A stretch of DNA of 59,936 bases, the filler included, from Jimgerdemannia flammicorona (Eukaryota), in assembly GCA_003990765.1 (NCBI GenBank). It is 2 parts of 2 records of this genome, joined end to end, with 100 filler letters (N's around TTAATTAATTAA, not from the genome) between each part and the next. Parts side by side here need not be neighbours in the genome. Positions count along the whole stretch, not along the records: positions 1 to 29,929 come from RBNJ01000462.1; 1 more part is not named here. One strand, given 5' to 3'. Made by a program: the position numbers and the translations under genes. The number at the start of each line of letters is the position of its first letter. The stretch's first letter is position 1. This document shows, one piece after another, positions 13,305 to 24,483 of this stretch. The notes under the pieces are model-generated. The model made no database searches. It saw nothing but the letters and a program-made list of their open reading frames with translations, and had not been told where the DNA came from.

Positions 13305-14364
13305 GTAGGTTTCGCTGACTTATGTGGCGGGTCGGTAGTTGAGGGTTTGTAGACGTGTCGTGGTGTGTGTGGTTAAGGCGGACCGTGGCGATTTTTGCTA
13401 CGTGCAGGACTCAGTATTATTATTTCCCTCTCCTTTCCGATGACCATATTGGCGGCTTCTTCCTGAAACTTCTTAATATATATCACCCTTCTTCCTTGCC
13501 ATACTGCAGATCGTCGACTCTGTCCACCATGTCCTGTAGACCAACAACTGGGAGGCAGATAGGGAGACGGACATGAAGCACTGGAATAGTTTGGGTGGGA
13601 TGGTTTCCATGAGGTGGTGGTGGAATTAAGTCAGGCAATTATACATTATTATTATTTCAAAAGCTATCTTGTGACGGGAGTATGCGGATTGGCGTTAAGG
13701 GTATGTCATTGTTGGTAGGGCACGAGAGGCTCCACGACACCAAATAATCGAAAGAGCATTTCGCAGTGCCAAGCGCGAAAAAGACACGTTGCGCGAAACA
13801 AAAGCAAGCAAAGGAGCGGTTTGCAAATTAACAAACAAATGGAACTAAGAGAAAGAAAAGATAATATGACTGGCCAAAGGAAAGAATTATTCGTCAGAAT
13901 TCCTTGGATTATGTTGTAGAATATTTCGGGAAAAGACAGGTGGAGAGAAGCATTGTTTATTGTAGCAAGTCGCGTCAAGATTGATGACGTTTACATGATG
14001 ACGTAGTTAGGCTGCGCCACCACATATCGAGTTGCTTTATAACTAAGATATTTCAATACTCCCACTCAACGAGATATGTTCCAGAAGTCCCAAAAAATAT
14101 AAATAAAAGACTATAATATGTAAGAAATAAGCTGCAATGCTGAAATGTAATGCTGGAATGCTATCTATATACTGAAAAATGTCCAAATTCTCTACTTATA
14201 AGTTAGAAAATAGATAATATAGATCTATTTACAAATGAAGAGATATAAGCAATATTAGAGATGAACTGTTGTAAGTTCATTGGCAAGGTTGGCAGGGTGA
14301 TCAGTGTTGACAGGGATCCTTGACTGGAGGTCATATCAGTATTGGAGAGATTATTGTCTTCTAC

Positions 14365-17300
14365 TTTATTTTATTTTATTTTTTTTTTATTTTTTATTTT
14401 TTTTTATAATTACTTAGACTTCATTATTTATTACCCATTCAGTCTATCAAGATATACATACAGTTCCCCAATCTACTACCCAATCCCCCTAGGGGGGCCC
14501 CCCCCCCCATACTCTCATAATTGAAGACTACTCTAACATTAATCACAGCAACTCTCTCTCTACTCTACTTATAGATCTTCTCTATTAATTGATAATAATA
14601 ACTATCCTGCAGACCCCACCCCAGCCACTAACCTGTCAGAACATCCCCCATCAACTCTTCTTATTTTATTAAATGCTCCTCCAAACTCAACTACTACCTC
14701 TCCTTAAAAACAAACAACTGATATCTAGTCAATCTTACTTATATAGCTAAAATCTACTCAATAGTGAGCCACTTATTTTCAATTCCACTCACCAACCTCT
14801 TCCTCAAATCCTCCCATCAACTCCTCTCATAATCCCTCCTCCTCACAATATTCAATTTATCCCTAACAGCTAATTAAAGTTTCTAAGTATCTTATACTCT
14901 ACTTGCCAATATTCTGATATATATCTATACAAAACTCTCTTTCTATCCTATATTATAATACTCCTCACAATCAAAGCATCTACCATCTACAAGATGTCCC
15001 AAATGAAAGTTGAGTATGATATTTCTCCCTAGAACTTAGATAGCATCCAGCACTATACCTTAGTACTTCAGGATCAGACTCTAACCTAGTCCTATTCTTT
15101 ACCAATATCTGCTATCTACTAGCTAATATACTATATATCCTGTCCTAGCCCTCTCTAGTACTCTACACTATCACTAATATCAAAGTTAATTAGTAGAGTA
15201 CTACTTAATAGAATGTGATCCCAACTCTATATAGCTGGGTCCTATAGTATCTCTCCCTCAGTACCACATCAGCAAAGATCAATACAGTGTATGATATCAA
15301 CTACTCTCTACCAGAAGCTCTTATATCTCATGTGTCCACTGTCTCCAAGCTCAACTAGAGATAACAAATCTCCAGAAAAACTCCTTAGAGAAAATCTCAT
15401 CTCTCAGACCTTTTATATCAGAGGAATCCATCTACTACCCCTCAGCTCCACAGTTCTCTATAGCTACTATGCTCTCAGATAATGAAGTCTCTTTGAGAAG
15501 TTAACCAGCCCAAGACTCCCTCTATTCACTAGTAATAACAGAATGTTCTAGCTAATCTGACTCTACTGTCTAGCCCAAATCCAGTTCTTGGCTAGCTTCA
15601 ATAACCTCTTTATCACTCAGACCAGAAAGTCTAAATAATATATCAAATACCACAACTTTGAAAGCCAGTAGATATTCAGAATCAAAATTTAGCCTACCAA
15701 GAAAATATAATGATCACTCTAGCTCTACAGAGCCTCTCTTAAATAATCACCTACTACTTCTATCAATTTCTAAGCAGAACTGATTCATAAACTGAAAGGA
15801 AAATACTCAGGTACTATACTGTATCTCCAGTAGAGACAATTGTTCTAATGACATTCTCTCTCACCAGACTATTGTTCAACACTATCATTTTATATTTATA
15901 CCAGTTAAATTTTACTCTAGAGTAAGTCTCATACTACTCCACTATCTCCTTAAGTACTCTCACATCTGTAATTGATCTAAGGCCAATTACTATATCATCT
16001 ACAAAGGCCCCCACCTTCCAGATAATTCCAAATACTAAGAGCCCTACTATCTTTCAATAAATTTTATCTATCAATAACTTTAAGAACAGAGCATACAGTA
16101 TAGGAGACAATGAGTCACCCTGAGATACATCTCTACTTGGAGTAAATGCTATATCCTGATGTCTATTATACATGAGTATTGTCCACTCTCTTCCAATAGG
16201 CTAATCATTGATACTCAAAACTACTGAGAGACTCTAATTCTATTCAGTACCTTTATCAATTAGACTCTTTAGATATGATCATAAGTCTTCCTCCTGATCT
16301 AAGAAGACTAATCTCTCATCTAGTCTACTAGCTCTAGTCCCTTCAATGATACCATAAACTCAAGCTATACTATCCCAAATAAGCCAGCCCCCAACAAAGC
16401 CCTATTGCTCCTCACTCAATACTTGTTAGATTACCTTTTGTAGTTTTGCAACAATTATCTTAGTGACTATCTTTCTATCTATATCCAAGAGTATGATCAG
16501 TCTCCAGTTCTTCCAATTCTCTCTCCTGCTCTTATCCTTATATAACAATACTATCAGCTCTAGATTCTACTCTCTCACTCACTTCTCTGATAGTTGTACA
16601 GAGTCTCAAAGTACTATCATCTCTCTCAGCACTCCAGAGACTTCTACTATCTTCTTTCAGAAGTCCCAGTATAGTCGATTCTTTTCTAGTATAGTGTTTA
16701 GCTTTATTGTAGCAAGAATATGTTAAATCTCCTCCTTCTAGACTAGTAGTATCAAACTGCCAAACCAATCTACTTATGGTGGATACCAATCCTCCAAAGT
16801 ATATATTCAATAGCAGTAGCATCAGCTCTACCCTCCTCCTCACTCTATAGACCACTCTACCTCTCTTTCAGAGAGCCCAAAATGTTTTGTGAATCATGAA
16901 TCAGTAGGCCCTCAGAATCCAAGATCCCCTCTCATCTTTGCCTCACCCTCCTCACCTAAAGAAAATGTGAGAGATACTTAGAGAGCCTCTCTCTCTCCTC
17001 AAGTTTCTGCCAATATAGCTGTGCAGTTATTTCTTTTATAAGAGTCTCCTCCTCCTCTCTCAATATCTGTTATAACTTTGCTATCTCTCACTTTACTCAC
17101 ATCAACCTCCAATTCTCTCTACCTCTTTCAGGATTAGTAGATTAGCCTATTTCTCTTAAAGCCAGATTAATCTAGCAGAGGCCCAAGTCACTCTCCTTTT
17201 CTGCTATCTTCTTATCATCTTGCCAGCCTTACCTCAGTAAACTCCAGTAGTCTCCTTCAATCTCACCCATCAAACATCTACTGGGGTACTCTCTTGGATC

Positions 17301-20035
17301 CACCCCAGCATTCCACTGTTAGCATCTAGTTAATTCTAGTCTCAAGACCACTCACTCAATGAGTATAGACCCTCCTATCTCTCTACATTGCTTGACCAAT
17401 ATCCACCAAGGATCCAAGTTGTTCTATCTTCTCTCAACTCTTCAGACTGTCACTTCTACCTTCTATATTTCTCTTCTGATCTGTTCTGTTCAACTGTACC
17501 ATATAAACCATATTGAAGTCTCCTTCAAACATATCTACTCCTGCCTTCACAAGGACTCCACTATTCAAAAGACTATCAATTTACTCCATATGCTCACTCC
17601 TGGCTATAGAGTAATAATAAGATCTAACTATAATTAGCTCCCACCCTAGTTGATACTATTTACTCTAAACTAGACAGTTACCTCAATTCCAGCTCCTATA
17701 TATCTCACCTCTATCTTTTTACACCAGAAGTCTAACCTTGCTATTCCAAACTATAACTCTCCTCCATTTCTTTATCCATTCTTATTGATCAAGATCAGTC
17801 TCACAATGTACATTCTGCAGAAGAAAGAGATCAGCTTCTAATCTCTTTAACTAAGTAAAAATGTTATGCCATCTCTTAGAACCCCTCAAGCTATTTATAT
17901 TTAATGAAAAAATATTAGTTATACTGTTTATAGAGAATAATATTAATATAGATATATTCTCTTCACAGCTCTATACTTATCTCCTCTCTAGCTAAGTCTA
18001 ATCTATATTTCACAGCTACCTCCTTTCCCTTGATCTGCTTAGCCTCCAGTCTAATCAAAAGCTCAGCTATTGTCACATATTCTTCTCCTCTATCTCCTTC
18101 TGATACTCCAAGCAAACCTCTTGCCAGATTTCCAGTCTATGTCTCTGTTTCTACCAAAAGACTATATGTTCTCTAGTAGCTATAGCTAACTCTATCTCTC
18201 TTGCTTTATCTACTGTATATTCTTTCTTATTCAGAAATACTACCAGTATCTCAGTCTCCAGGACCTCTACAATATCATCTCTCTACAGCACTCTTGCTCA
18301 GTACTCCTTACTAATAACTTATAGGTCCAAATCACCTAGTACATATATCTACTATAGGTTACCAATTGTCTTACCCCCAGAGATCACTAGTCTGCTGTCC
18401 TCTAGCAGCATAGTATCTGTCCCAGTACTTGCAGACTCATCCCACCTCTCCTTAGAGATATCTACCAGCTCATTCTCTCTAATCTCAACTACCTGCTCTC
18501 TACTTACTATCTTGGGTACTCTAAATCAAACATAGTAAGTTCTCAATATCTCTACATTCTTACCAACCTTTGGCTATATAACTCTAGATCACCCTCTTAT
18601 ATTCTCACTCTTCTCTCATATCTCTAGTATACTATCATCATAGAGAGCCTGATTCCTCACCTCCTGACTCCCACTCACAGACTTCACACTTCTCTCTATA
18701 TCATCATCTGCTCAGATACTCTCCTGAATATCCCTCTGAGACTCTATCAGAACTGAGCAATGCTTTCTCCTTCTCTTTCAAACTTACAGCAACTCCTTCT
18801 GCCACTTATATCTCTGAACTCTCTCCCACTGCCTCTTATCTACCTGAATATACTTCTCATCCACTACCTTCAGATGCATCAAGTCTACATATATCTGCCA
18901 CATCTTGGCTCACCACTCTATCACTCCACTGAGCTCCTCTAGTACCTCTACTAGATTTTTCTCCTTCTCTATACTCTTCTTCACTCTTGTCACCTTATAG
19001 ATAAATATACTCTATATTAATACTGAGAACCAGTCCTATAGCTTTCTAGTAGCCCTCTTCTCAGCCAGCTGGAGTCTGATATCTACATCTCTTATTCTGA
19101 AAGAAGTCTCCTTTCAGACCTAGAAATCAATATTAACTACCTTACCATACTCAGCTATAACCTCCTCTATCCTTCTCTTTGTCTCAACTGTCATCACTAT
19201 GGATACTTTCTTTATCAGTAACTGAACTACTCTGGGGTCTTACCTCAGACAATAAGCTATTGGAACCACTACCTCTCTCATAGTCAATCTAGCCTTCATT
19301 GCCTTCTCTAAGGAGGTAGTCTCTTCAAAGTTCACCTCAACTCCTCAAGTCCCTTTAGGAACTTTAATGAGACAGCTTTAGCCATCTGCTTTGAGATCAG
19401 CTTTAGTACCATCTTCACTATCACTGCTAAGCCCCAGAAGTATAATGTGATCATAAACTCTGAGATCAATTTTTGAGTAACTGGGCCACTGTCAGACCTA
19501 TTATACTATTAGTTAGGTTCCCCTGCCTCTGTTGGTCTCCTTATATAGTACTATTATCAGCTGTCATATCTTTTTTTTTTTTTTTTTTCTAGATTCTCTA
19601 TCATATCTCTATTAGTAGTCATATTACTATCTCAGTTACAGCCCCTCCTGCTCCTATACTTACTCTCCTGAGCATAGAGCTCTCTGCTCTCTCTATATTA
19701 GTCTTATCTTTCCCCTCAGCTATATCAGCCCAAGTATCTACTGGCTATCCACTCTTCTTCACCTTATCAGCAAAACTTAGAAGTCTAGATCTGCTCCTAT
19801 TTTCACCTAATACTGACCCTTCTCCAGATTCTTTACTACCATTCACACCTCCAAAAGAGTCTATCTCTAGGCTGTAACTTCTCCCTATATACTGTCAACT
19901 GAATATTCCAGATTCTTCTGACTCAGTACATCTGTCAGGATTCTTACTCAATGATATATTACTAGTATCTTTTCTCTGAGTTATATCAAAAGGTATTGCT
20001 TGAAGTTTATATAATGCAAATTATATCAGAGAAAG
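14365..20035 (-). mobile_element. Near full-length decayed LINE (ORF1 plus APE endonuclease-RT ORF2)
   Basis: A-rich tail at 14365-14405. On the minus strand: FSLNINSLRG (~17880-17915) and DLFLLQ (~17815-17835) for APE; KNWRLIILL (~16485-16512), SRDVSQGDSLSP (~16102-16137) and AFVDD (~15993-16007) for RT. Possible decayed TSD ATTGTCTTCTACTTT / ATTGCTTCTGCTTT (~14353 / ~20038). 5' boundary approximate. Confidence 0.85.
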
Positions 20036-21454
20036 ATATTGCTTCTGCTTTATTATTATTGAACTAGATTATATTATAGATATCCTTTATAGTATATCCA
20101 ACTTGAGGTATTTGTAGAATATAATTTTTTTAGATATAGAAAGGATCTATATGTGGTTTGGATATACTCAATATATTTGTAGTTGAGTTCTTATACTATA
20201 TAATTAATTTGGCCATAGATCAAAGTGGCAACTATTTCAGTAGTAGTAATTTAGAGGTAAAAAATAAAGATACTATATTTATAAAAGAGTTCTTGATATT
20301 TATAAGTGATGAGTTTCTAGTATTGAGATATTTTGATAATATCTGTATCATGATAATAGTTAACCATATCTTCTAGGAGACAGCCAATCTGATAGTAGCT
20401 TGAGATTTATCTGATTCAGTAGATTTCTTTTTTTTTTTTTTTTTTTTTTTATTTTTTTTTTAGATTTAGTAGATCTCACTAAATATATTCAGGGCATTTC
20501 ATCAGTCTTCTATAAAGTAGAGAGATACTAGGCTATGAATATTTATAAGAGGTAGAGAAGCTATAGCTTTATTGATAATGAAGCTATAGCTTCATTAATA
20601 ATAATATTCTAAATATCAGTACAGATGTGGTTATAGATTTTAGTAGTCATATCTGGATATATATTTGAGAGTTATAGTTGTTTGTTTAGTTTTTTATGGT
20701 TCTTTATTTTGACATATAGTATATTCAGTATATATACTTTTAGTCCTAATTAGTAAAATTCTATTTCCATAAATTTTATATTTTATAACTTTAAGTTAAC
20801 TCAGCTTCATAATCTGATAGGTGATTTCTAAATCTATTCTAAGAGTGACATATGATTTTGATGGTTTGGAGATTGTGTACTTATAATACTCCTTATACTA
20901 TTTTACCACCCCCTTCAGTATGCCAATATCAGCAACTAAGTCTAGACCAACTATTATTTTTTATATAATTTCAAAGACTAAGAGTACAACTATCTTATAA
21001 TAAATTCTGTTTAACAATTAAGCCATATATTATTATTATATATCAGCTATATTAGTTCATACTTTGCTTATATTATTATTTTTTACTAGCTTGAAAGTAT
21101 ATGACTTATATATATATATATATAATATATCTTTACTCTAGTTTTTATCAGTTTTGATAGTATTTATATTATATTATTCTTTGCTGCTATATATATTTCT
21201 TTCTACTGCTCTCATATTACTAATACTGTCTTCTACTCTTATTTTCATCATTCTCTTTATTCTTATAATAGCAGTTATTTTGTATATATCTATACTTGTT
21301 ACAGTAATGATCATTTTTATTAAACTTTTTATATTTTTGACCTTATTAGTACTTCTTATCTCATTTATATAATCTATAGAATACTTTTTTATTATTATTA
21401 TTGCCACTATTTTCTTGATATATCTCTTCATTGATGAGACTCATTGTTATATAG
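20036..21454. repeat. Unclassified decayed repeat (possibly a DNA-transposon remnant hosting the LINE and the 2.3-kb element)
   Basis: CpG-free, TA-rich sequence with degenerate periodic low-complexity sequence at 21150-21430. No motif I can assign confidently. Confidence 0.4.
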
Positions 21455-21853
21455 TGTGACGTTGGTTATGTATAATGAACTTCGACTGTACGGCTCAATT
21501 TGTCACAGATGACACGCGCGATGTATGTATATAACTGAAGGCATTGGTGACGTTTTGCGGGTCGTTGGTCACGTGACGGTCATTCGAAACGTGCGATAAT
21601 AGCAGGAGATCGTTCGGTTGTTCAATGGTTCGGTCGAACATTCGTTCTTTAACTTGAGGGCGGGTTTACTGGGGTCCTTGACGGTTGTTCTTGCTAGCTG
21701 GCGGGTCTTGTACTGGTATCCTTGAGTTCCTTGGCTTTTCTGGGTCTTGAATCTCGAATGGCAGTCGAATGCACGGTCCGAATGCGCGGCAGTCGTGGTC
21801 TTGAATCCTTGAGTTTCCGAGTCTCGAATGGCAGTCGAATGGCAGCGGTCTAG

Positions 21854-22240
21854 TGCGGCTTTCCTTTAGCGGCGGGTCTTGAACGTTTTCTTTCTTTCCG
21901 TGGCAAGAGAAAATTCCTTAACTCAAACTTCCGAGCAATCCGTTGCTCTAGGTTGTTATCTTGTTCTCAGAATTTATCCGGTCTCTTGGAGGCAGTGTGT
22001 TTTCTCTGTAAAACTGTCTGACTTTTGGTCGGGTCGAATGCACGATAGTTGGGCTGGCGGGATCTCGGCGGCGGTTGGCGGTTTTTGTGCGGCTTTCCTT
22101 TAGCGAATCTTGAATGTTTTCCGTGGCAAGAGAAAATTCTTTAACTCAAACCTCGAGCGATTGTTGCTCTAGTTATCTTGTTCTCAGAATTTATCCGGTC
22201 TCTTGGAGGCAGTGTGTTTTCTCTGTAAAACTGTCTGACT
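21854..22240 (+). repeat. Internal ~150-170 bp direct repeat (2 copies) within the 2.3-kb element
   Basis: TGCGGCTTTCCTTTAGCG...GTAAAACTGTCTGACT at 21854-22023 and 22088-22240. TCTCGAATGGCAGTCGAATG also occurs twice (21752, 21822). Confidence 0.9.
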
Positions 22241-22563
22241 GAGGTTTATTCACTCTAAGAATATGGGTTATTTATACAAGTTTGCTAGCTATGAGGGGGC
22301 GTGACTAAGGCTAAGATATACTACATTGTGGCAAACTTCGCTATGCTATTGGCTTGCACGATGTGAAGGGCTGACTTGCTGACAAGATGCTGAAAACGGT
22401 TGCACTGGATAGCAATGCTGGATTCGGTTGTGCTGGGTAGCAACGCTGGATTCGGATGAGCTGACATGATTGCTGATTGTTGCCAGAAACGGTTGTGGGG
22501 GGTGGTAATGCTGAAAACGGATGCTGACTAAAAGCTTGGTTCTCACAGCTGATAGGCGGTGCT

Positions 22564-23001
22564 CTAGAGGGAATAGTACCATTCGTCCGCGGTGGGCAAA
22601 TCTTGCTGGGTTGCGATTTCTTCTTCATCATATCTCTCCTCAAAAGGGGGAAGCGCCGGCCAAGAGGTGAGGGGGTAGAAAAGTGGCCAGTCATCTTCAA
22701 CAACATTCTCCAACCCTTGAACAGCTTGAATGCGGACAGAGGACTGGTAGACTCTCTGTTGCTCCTCTTCTTCTTCTGAAGACTCATTAGTTTCAGTGTC
22801 AGAGGGGGTTTCTTCAGGGGCAGGGTCTTGGAGTTCTTGGGTTTCCTCTTTAAAGACAGGAACTTCTTGGGCTTTCTCTTGATTCGGTTTCCAAATGATG
22901 AGGTGTGAATTGTGGCTGACAGGGTGGTGGGTGGTTGGAGTAGCTCCAACAGGTGTTTCTATAGTGATGGGCGGTCCTTCAAATATCTCCATAAGACTCA
23001 T
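22564..23001 (-). CDS. Hypothetical acidic/Pro-rich protein (145 aa), element-encoded
   Basis: Open ATG-initiated frame. Its ATG overlaps the TAA of the upstream ORF (TAATG). Strongly acidic, protein-like composition. Confidence 0.5.
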   Translation of the reverse strand: MSLMEIFEGPPITIETPVGATPTTHHPVSHNSHLIIWKPNQEKAQEVPVFKEETQELQDPAPEETPSDTETNESSEEEEEQQRVYQSSVRIQAVQGLENVVEDDWPLFYPLTSWPALPPFEERYDEEEIATQQDLPTADEWYYSL

Positions 23002-23663
23002 TAGGTGACCTTGATGGTTGTCTCGGAGTGGGGTGGTGTGAAACCTGGCTGAGTAGGTTCGGTTTGTTGGCTTCCTACGGCGATGCAGTTGCTGCCAATA
23101 GCATTGGCTACTTCAGATTCTATCCAGTCAGCATCTTCAGTTGAAAGGCGGGAGAGGCTGCCAGCCGTTACTCCTTGCAAGTGTGCTATAGCCCAGGGAA
23201 TATGGTGGAAGATTTGATGGACACGGAGGGCTCTCTTGATTAGCCGACTGGTGGTTAACATTTCAGCAATGAGGTCTTCCTGGTCAACTTCTTGAGTCTC
23301 ATTGCGAAGGCGGTGTCCAATTTCATAGTCATGCCAGAGGGTCATTCGTTCGGTAGTGTCTTTGAGCTGTTGGGTCATTATATACCGGTAGTTGATGAAG
23401 TGTCCAAGGTCCTCAGTGTAGAAGTTCAAGTGTTCGGAAGTATCTGGGTGCCAGATGGCCTTCTTGATAGCTTCAAAGATCAGGGTCTTTGGGCCAGGCA
23501 AAGGGGTAGAGTGGCGGGAGGTCTGGTTGGTTCGGCGAATGGGAGACATTGTGTGGTGGGTACTTGGTTCTTTGGTGCCGATCTCTGAGGCGAAGCAGGG
23601 TTCCTTAAATAACATGGTCTTCATTTTGGCTCGGATCTTCTTGTCTCCTTTTGGGATGATCAC
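23001..23663 (-). CDS. Hypothetical protein (~207-220 aa), element-encoded
   Basis: Long open frame with a helical-looking core (YEIGHRL...KRALRVHQIFHHIPWAIAHLQGVTAGSLSRLS). First ATG at 23624. CTGAC...TAG just upstream of 23663 could be an intron acceptor. Confidence 0.6.
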   Translation of the reverse strand: MIIPKGDKKIRAKMKTMLFKEPCFASEIGTKEPSTHHTMSPIRRTNQTSRHSTPLPGPKTLIFEAIKKAIWHPDTSEHLNFYTEDLGHFINYRYIMTQQLKDTTERMTLWHDYEIGHRLRNETQEVDQEDLIAEMLTTSRLIKRALRVHQIFHHIPWAIAHLQGVTAGSLSRLSTEDADWIESEVANAIGSNCIAVGSQQTEPTQPGFTPPHSETTIKVT

Positions 23664-23846
23664 CTAATGGGTCAGGCTGTCTATTTGATTGTCACGCCAT
23701 TATGTCGTCTGATCTTGTGATCACAGGGTACTCCGAATTTGGACAGGGTCAATTGTAGATATCACAATAGATATAGTCTATAAGTTTTCTACTCTTATAT
23801 AATAACTATTACTATAATATTATATACTATAGAGAGATATTTTATA

Positions 23847-24019
23847 GTGTTCTAAATAAGTCAATTTAATCTAAGTTGGATTTTGATTGGATTCAGATTA
23901 AATCTCATTCAGATCAACTCAGATGAAATTTGAATCTCATCTGGATTGATTTGAATCAACTATTGTTTTGATTTCCAAATTAGACAATTTAATATTTATA
24001 TTAATAACTTGATAAATAA
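23847..24019. mobile_element. hAT-like terminal fragment interrupted by the Gypsy LTR
   Basis: TAGTGTTCTAAATAAGTCAAT resembles the TIR of the 8159-8540 MITE and is followed by GATTC/GAATC-type subterminal repeats. Confidence 0.5.
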
Positions 24020-24483
24020 TATAACAGTTCTAGTTTCTTTAAGAGGAAGCAGCTAAATCTGGAAGTTCTAGTTGACCTAAAGTAGCTTGAAGAGATACTT
24101 AAAGATTCAAGTATTTTTGAAGAATTTCTGAGAGAAAATATTCTGAACTTTATTCAGATAGAGAACAAGGATATTTATATATAATCTGAAAGAAAGATCT
24201 GAAAGGATCTTAGAAAGAAAGAGAAATGCCAAGAAATAGGTTCTTGGCAAAGCTGACTAATACTATTCTACAATATTTCAAAAGGTTCCATAACTAGCTA
24301 AGACAAGATACTTGGTATCAAGGAAAGACAAGAATGTTCTAGTGGTATCTGAGCACCAAGAGAGGGTTTCTAAGTAAGTAGAAGGTAGCAGAACATAGTA
24401 GAATATTCAAAAAATGATAAGAAAAGACTAACTAAAAGATATGAAAATATACTAAAACTAAATATGATTGTGAAATTGTTACA
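24020..24483 (-). repeat. 3' LTR (~464 bp)
   Basis: Aligns with 29647-29901 and, as reverse complement, with 8651-9111. TGTAAC start on the minus strand directly after the PPT. Confidence 0.93.

Larger units (their letters stand above)
21455..23766. mobile_element. 2312-bp TG...CA insertion with a 4-bp TSD (giant solo-LTR-like or non-autonomous integrase-mobilised element) carrying two ORFs
   Basis: Begins TGTGAC (21455) and ends ATCACA (23766). ATAG lies on both sides (21451-21454, 23767-23770). The boundaries coincide with an abrupt switch from CpG-free to CpG-containing sequence. Confidence 0.75.

Noticed and set aside
22341..22949. 202-aa ORF overlapping the acidic cargo ORF
   Set aside because: Alternative-frame shadow with a non-ATG start; its Lys-rich composition mirrors the GAA-rich frame.
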